In this document: piece after piece, positions 26,035 to 32,000 of the stretch
Layout of the letters: every line of letters starts with the position of its first letter
Position numbering within the stretch: position 1 is the stretch's first letter
NCBI GenBank assembly: GCA_963528875.1
Contig: CAURWT010000001.1
Coordinates: 258,638-290,637, forward strand
Source: an uncultured Candidatus Saccharimonas sp.
GTDB taxonomy: Bacteria > Patescibacteriota > Saccharimonadia > Saccharimonadales > Saccharimonadaceae
Reading direction: 5' to 3'
Length of the DNA: 32,000 bases
Position numbers and translations under genes: made by a program
The notes under the pieces: model-generated
Seen by the model: the letters and a program-made list of their open reading frames with translations, nothing else
The model's database searches: none
Told to the model about the DNA's origin: nothing

Positions 26035-26768
26035 TATTTCATTTCTCCTGAATATTGACTAAAATAGCGTATTTCTTTGTATAATAAATTTGTACGAAGT
26101 GTCATAATTATTGATATAGAAAATAGAACAATTAAAAATAGTAAAATTGTATATTGCTCAAGCGCTGGGATTGAATTTAAGAAGTAATCAATATTTTTTA
26201 TAAAAGGACATTTTATGGGGGTTTTCGAAACTTCACCGAAATTTAATTTAATAAAGCAATCAAATGATTCTCCCTGTTGTTTAAAGGTTGGGATCCTATC
26301 TTTAATTTTTATTGCAAAAAATTTACTTTTTGATTCTCCAGGCTCAATACTAGAATTATTCCAATACACTATGCCATCTTTAATATTATAATCTCCTTCA
26401 TCAAGAAGGTCTGCATATTCTAGTATATCTGATATGTTGACTTCGAAATTTGAATCCTGAACTATTTTTGAATTATTAGTTGCGGTTAATGTGTAAGAAA
26501 TAATATCTTTAGGCTGGAGCGGGCGTTTTGCTGTTGATTTTACATTATAAGTTAGGTTAGGATTCAGTGATGTTTTTTTAACTATATTGTTAGATATAGT
26601 TTTCGAAGGTAGGATATTGGTTAAAAATATTGTAAAAAATACAAAAACAGTAGCAAAAATATTAAAAATCCACCATTTTAAATCATTTTTTAGTTTTCTT
26701 TTATAATCTTGTATTTTTTTGCCCATAGAAGGGCTGCGGTAATAACCTAAAATAACATCTTTAAACAT
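26034..26768 (-). CDS. Bitopic membrane protein with an extracytoplasmic DUF11-like beta-sandwich segment
   Basis: N-terminal TM and C-terminal TM. The central segment IISYTLTATNNSKIVQDSNFEVNISD...WNNSSIEPGESKSKFFAIKIK resembles the conserved-repeat (DUF11) pattern. SD AAAGGTGGG. Confidence 0.5.
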   Translation of the reverse strand: MFKDVILGYYRSPSMGKKIQDYKRKLKNDLKWWIFNIFATVFVFFTIFLTNILPSKTISNNIVKKTSLNPNLTYNVKSTAKRPLQPKDIISYTLTATNNSKIVQDSNFEVNISDILEYADLLDEGDYNIKDGIVYWNNSSIEPGESKSKFFAIKIKDRIPTFKQQGESFDCFIKLNFGEVSKTPIKCPFIKNIDYFLNSIPALEQYTILLFLIVLFSISIIMTLRTNLLYKEIRYFSQYSGEMK

Positions 26769-26830
26769 ATCCCACCTTTTAACTTAATGCTTATATTTTA
26801 GCATATTTTTTATAAAAAAATAAGCTTTAT

Positions 26831-26859
26831 TTGAATTTTTTTATAAAATAAGGTATAAT
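26831..26859 (+). promoter_or_regulatory. Promoter for gyrB (TTGAAT - 17 nt - TATAAT)
   Basis: Read directly. A 45-nt leader with SD GAGAGGT follows. Confidence 0.5.
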
Positions 26860-26895
26860 ACAGATATAAATTTTATTTATGGAAGTTCTGAATGA

Positions 26896-28884
<1,989 letters not shown>

Positions 28885-28886
28885 TT

Positions 28887-31382
28887 ATGGAAGATGAAAA
28901 TAAAAAACCTCTTGAAGGTGAAATTATCGAACAGCAAAATCATTCGAAAGTTTTGGAATATCGCACAGTTGAAGACGTAATGGAGGATTCATTTCTTCGT
29001 TATTCAATGTCTGTTATTATTGACCGTGCATTGCCTGATGTTCGAGACGGAATGAAGCCGGTCCATCGCCGTGTTCTTTATACAATGGGAGAAATGGGTG
29101 TTCGACCGGGCTCTTCATTTAAGAAGTCTGCGCGTATCGTTGGTGATGTAATGGGTAAATATCACCCGCACGGTGATAGCTCCATTTATGATTCGATGGT
29201 TCGTTTGGCACAAGATTGGGTGATGCGATATCCTCTTGTTGAGGGTCAGGGAAACTTCGGTTCAATGGATGGCGATCCTGCAGCCGCTATGCGTTATACT
29301 GAAGCAAGGCTTGGCCGAATTGGTGACATTTTACTGAACGATCTTGATAAAGATACGGTTGATTTTCGGCCAAACTATGATGGATCTGAAAGCGAGCCTT
29401 CAGTTCTTCCAGCTAAATTACCAAACCTTCTCTTGAATGGTCAAATGGGTATTGCAGTTGGTATGGCAACAAGCATTCCAACGCATAATTTGAGCGAAAT
29501 TGTTGATGCAACTGTTGAGCTAATCAGTAATTCAGAAGCCAAGCTCGAAGATTTAATGAAATATGTCAAAGGCCCAGACTTCCCAACTGGTGCGGTAGTT
29601 TATGGTGGAGCACCAATGATTCAAGCTTATAGAACTGGTCGCGGAAGTGTTACTATGCGTGCAGTTGCTGAAATTATTGAAACTAAACGTGGCCGCCATC
29701 AAATTGTAGTTTCAGAAATTCCATACAATGTTAATAAGGCTTCATTAATTGAGAAGATCGCAGATCTAGTTAAAGAAAAGAAAATTACAACAATTGCCGA
29801 CCTTCGTGATGAGTCTGCGCGTGGAACGGTTAAGATTGTGATCGATCTTAAGAAGGATGCATATCCAAAGAAAGTTCTCAACCAGCTTTATAAATTAACT
29901 CCACTTCAATCAAACTTCCATTATAATATGCTTGCTTTGGTTGATGGCGTTCAGCCGCGAGTGCTTGGTTTGAAAGAAATGCTTGATGAGTTCGTGAAAC
30001 ATCGCCGAAATGTTGTGCGTCGCCGAACAGAATTCGAACTTAAAAAAGCAAAAGCTCGTGCACATATTTTAGAAGGTTTGAAGATTGCACTTGATCATAT
30101 TGATGAAGTTATTGCAACGATTCGAGCTTCGAAAACTACAGATATTGCCGAAAAGGCTTTGCGTGAAAAATTCGGATTAACTGAAATCCAAGCAAAAGCA
30201 ATTCTTGCGATGCAACTTCGCCGATTGACTGGATTGGAGCGCGAAGCAATCGAAGCTGAACTTGCTGCTCTCTTGAAACTTATTGGCGAGCTTGAGGCAA
30301 TTCTTGCTAATGAGAATGAAATTCTTCGAATTATTAAAGAAGAACTTCTCGAAATGAAAGAGAAATATGGCGATGAGCGTAAAACTAAGGTTATTAATCA
30401 TGAGCTTGGTAAATTCTCAGACGAAGAGCTTATTCCTGAGGAAGAGAGTGTAATTCTTCTAACTAGTGAAAACTATATTAAGCGAACTCTACTTGCAGAT
30501 TATCGTCGCCAAAATCGTGGCGGAAAAGGTAAGCGTGGAATGACAACAAAAGATCAAGATATTATTGATCAATTGATTCCAGCAAGTACGCATGATTGGT
30601 TGTTGTTCTTTACAAATAAAGGTCGGGTATTTAGGCTTAAAGCTTATGAGGTTCCTGCTGCAAGTCTTCAAGCTAAAGGTGTTGCTGCGGTAAATCTACT
30701 ACAACTCCAACCTGAAGAAAAAATTACATCAATTATTAAGCTTGAACAAAATAGTAGTACGGAAGATTACCTCTTTATGGCTACTGTAAAGGGTACTGTG
30801 AAAAAGACAGCACTTAAGGATTTTGTGAATATTCGAACAAATGGTTTGAATGCAATTAATCTTGATGAAGGTGATGAACTCCGTTGGATTCAAAAAACTG
30901 ATGGTCATAGTGATATTATCGTTTCAACATCAGCTGGTCAAGCTGTTCGATTTAATGAAAATGATGTTCGAGCAATGGGTCGTGCGGCTCGTGGTGTTCG
31001 TGGCGTTCGACTTCGACCAAATGACAGCGTTGTTGGAATGGATGTTGCAAAAGATGGAACACAAAAACTTCTTGTGATTTCAGCAAATGGTTACGGAAAA
31101 GCAACGAAAGTTTCGAACTTTGAAGTTAAACATCGTGGCGGAATTGGTGTTAAAGCTGCAATTGTAACCGCAAAAACTGGTCCAATCGTTTCAGTTCAAA
31201 CTTTGCCAGAGGCTGTTTCTGATGCGTTAATGATTTCAAGCGGTGGTCAAACAATTCGAGTTGCTGTTAAAGATATTCCAACACTTGGTCGCACGACGCA
31301 AGGTGTTAGAATTATGAAACTTTCTGATAATGATACTGTGGCAAGTGTTGGCTTGATGGAAGAAAGTCGAGAGGAAGAATGA
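28887..31382 (+). CDS. gyrA: DNA gyrase subunit A
   Basis: [13 protein letters not shown] (QRDR), [10 protein letters not shown] (catalytic Tyr), GyrA box [11 protein letters not shown]-terminal beta-pinwheel repeats. Confidence 0.97.
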   Translation: MEDENKKPLEGEIIEQQNHSKVLEYRTVEDVMEDSFLRYSMSVIIDRALPDVRDGMKPVHRRVLYTMGEMGVRPGSSFKKSARIVGDVMGKYHPHGDSSIYDSMVRLAQDWVMRYPLVEGQGNFGSMDGDPAAAMRYTEARLGRIGDILLNDLDKDTVDFRPNYDGSESEPSVLPAKLPNLLLNGQMGIAVGMATSIPTHNLSEIVDATVELISNSEAKLEDLMKYVKGPDFPTGAVVYGGAPMIQAYRTGRGSVTMRAVAEIIETKRGRHQIVVSEIPYNVNKASLIEKIADLVKEKKITTIADLRDESARGTVKIVIDLKKDAYPKKVLNQLYKLTPLQSNFHYNMLALVDGVQPRVLGLKEMLDEFVKHRRNVVRRRTEFELKKAKARAHILEGLKIALDHIDEVIATIRASKTTDIAEKALREKFGLTEIQAKAILAMQLRRLTGLEREAIEAELAALLKLIGELEAILANENEILRIIKEELLEMKEKYGDERKTKVINHELGKFSDEELIPEEESVILLTSENYIKRTLLADYRRQNRGGKGKRGMTTKDQDIIDQLIPASTHDWLLFFTNKGRVFRLKAYEVPAASLQAKGVAAVNLLQLQPEEKITSIIKLEQNSSTEDYLFMATVKGTVKKTALKDFVNIRTNGLNAINLDEGDELRWIQKTDGHSDIIVSTSAGQAVRFNENDVRAMGRAARGVRGVRLRPNDSVVGMDVAKDGTQKLLVISANGYGKATKVSNFEVKHRGGIGVKAAIVTAKTGPIVSVQTLPEAVSDALMISSGGQTIRVAVKDIPTLGRTTQGVRIMKLSDNDTVASVGLMEESREEE

Positions 31383-31804
31383 TGCCAAGATATTTAGTGA
31401 TTTTTGTGTTAGCATGGGTAATTGCGCAAGGTGCTAAATATATTCTAGAAATTCGAAAAGATAAAACCGCAAAATTTAAGCGAATTATCACTGAGAGTGG
31501 TGGGATGCCAAGTTCTCACAGCTCAGTGGTGATTGCGCTAGCGACACTTGTTGGTTTGCATGAGGGTGTTTATTCTTCAATTTTTGGTTTAGCTTTTGTA
31601 TTTGCGATGATAGTAATATATGATTCAATGAAAGTGCGATTTTCGAATGGTATTCAAGCGCAAAGAATTAATGAAATCATTGAAAAACAGAATTTAAAAA
31701 TTAAAAAAGTCCGAGTTGTTAAAGGCCACACCCCGCTAGAAGTTTCTGTTGGCTCAGTTATTGGAATTTTTATTGGGTATATAGCATTTTTGCTTGGGTT
31801 ATAA
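31379..31804 (+). CDS. Divergent PAP2 family membrane protein (DUF212-like)
   Basis: [16 protein letters not shown] and YDSMKVR motifs. ATGA overlap with the gyrA stop. Confidence 0.7.
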   Translation: MMPRYLVIFVLAWVIAQGAKYILEIRKDKTAKFKRIITESGGMPSSHSSVVIALATLVGLHEGVYSSIFGLAFVFAMIVIYDSMKVRFSNGIQAQRINEIIEKQNLKIKKVRVVKGHTPLEVSVGSVIGIFIGYIAFLLGL

Positions 31805-31815
31805 AAATGAATTAG

Positions 31816-31846
31816 ATAGGCTTTCAAGGCCTATTTAATTTTTTCT
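31816..31846 (+). terminator. Rho-independent terminator
   Basis: ATAGGC-TTTCAAG-GCCTAT followed by TTAATTTTTT. Confidence 0.5.
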
Positions 31847-31867
31847 AAATTTTCTTTTAAAAAAGTG

Positions 31868-31896
31868 TTGACTTTTAAAAATCTATTGAGTATAAT
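31868..31896 (+). promoter_or_regulatory. Strong consensus promoter TTGACT - 17 nt - TATAAT (probable rRNA operon promoter)
   Basis: Best -35/-10 match in the window. No ORF downstream. A boxA-like element follows. Confidence 0.55.
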
Positions 31897-31941
31897 GGTT
31901 AATAGTTCAGCGCGCGGAGTAAAAAGCGAGGTTGAATAAAA

Positions 31942-31954
31942 CTGGACTTTAACA
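31942..31954 (+). promoter_or_regulatory. boxA-like antitermination element (TGGACTTTAACAA)
   Basis: 11 of 13 matches to the E. coli rrn boxA TGCTCTTTAACAA. Lies ~50 nt downstream of the promoter. Confidence 0.45.
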
Positions 31955-32000
31955 ATTTAATTGTGCAAATTTATCGTCAGTCTATTTTATAGATTATCAA

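Noticed and set aside
21162-26768. Genomic island integrated at the tmRNA 3' end
   Set aside because: There is no integrase and I found no direct repeat of the ssrA 3' end downstream. The native TTCGAA word density continues through the region. Only the immediate 740-bp flank is compositionally odd.

Overview
AT-rich (mid-30s % GC by eye), tightly packed chromosomal segment from a small-genome bacterium. Gene content and style suggest a Patescibacteria/CPR organism, possibly Saccharibacteria-like; this is an inference, not verified. Order: a type IV pilus operon (pilB 3' end, pilT, pilC, pilD, three translationally coupled pilin-like genes); a Xer recombinase; ndk; four tRNAs (Arg-CCT, Asp-GTC, Thr-CGT, Val-GAC); membrane and envelope genes including a processive GT2 glycosyltransferase; thrS, miaA, rpmB; an M50 protease; RNase P RNA; infC-rpmI-rplT; comM/yifB; tmRNA; a membrane-anchored VirD4/TraG/HerA-like ATPase module; gyrB-gyrA; and what looks like an rRNA-operon promoter with boxA at the window end. 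No CRISPR array, transposase or prophage was seen. The main finding is a genome word, not a gene: the palindrome TTCGAA, usually TTTCGAAA(G), occurs about 90 times in 32 kb. It appears in all three codon phases, on both strands, inside RNA genes and at terminator apices, far above the compositional expectation. With pilus and ComM genes present, it is a candidate DNA-uptake-type signal; methylation or repair drive is the alternative. Other points: a recurrent TGnTAWAAT promoter whose position implies several leaderless mRNAs; two tRNA-ORF tandem units; a candidate rod-shaped sRNA upstream of rnpB; two unusually long gene-free regions (11.66-12.30 kb and 21.16-21.90 kb); and an orphan coupling-protein-like ATPase with an uncharacterised N-domain and an N/Q/S-rich tail.
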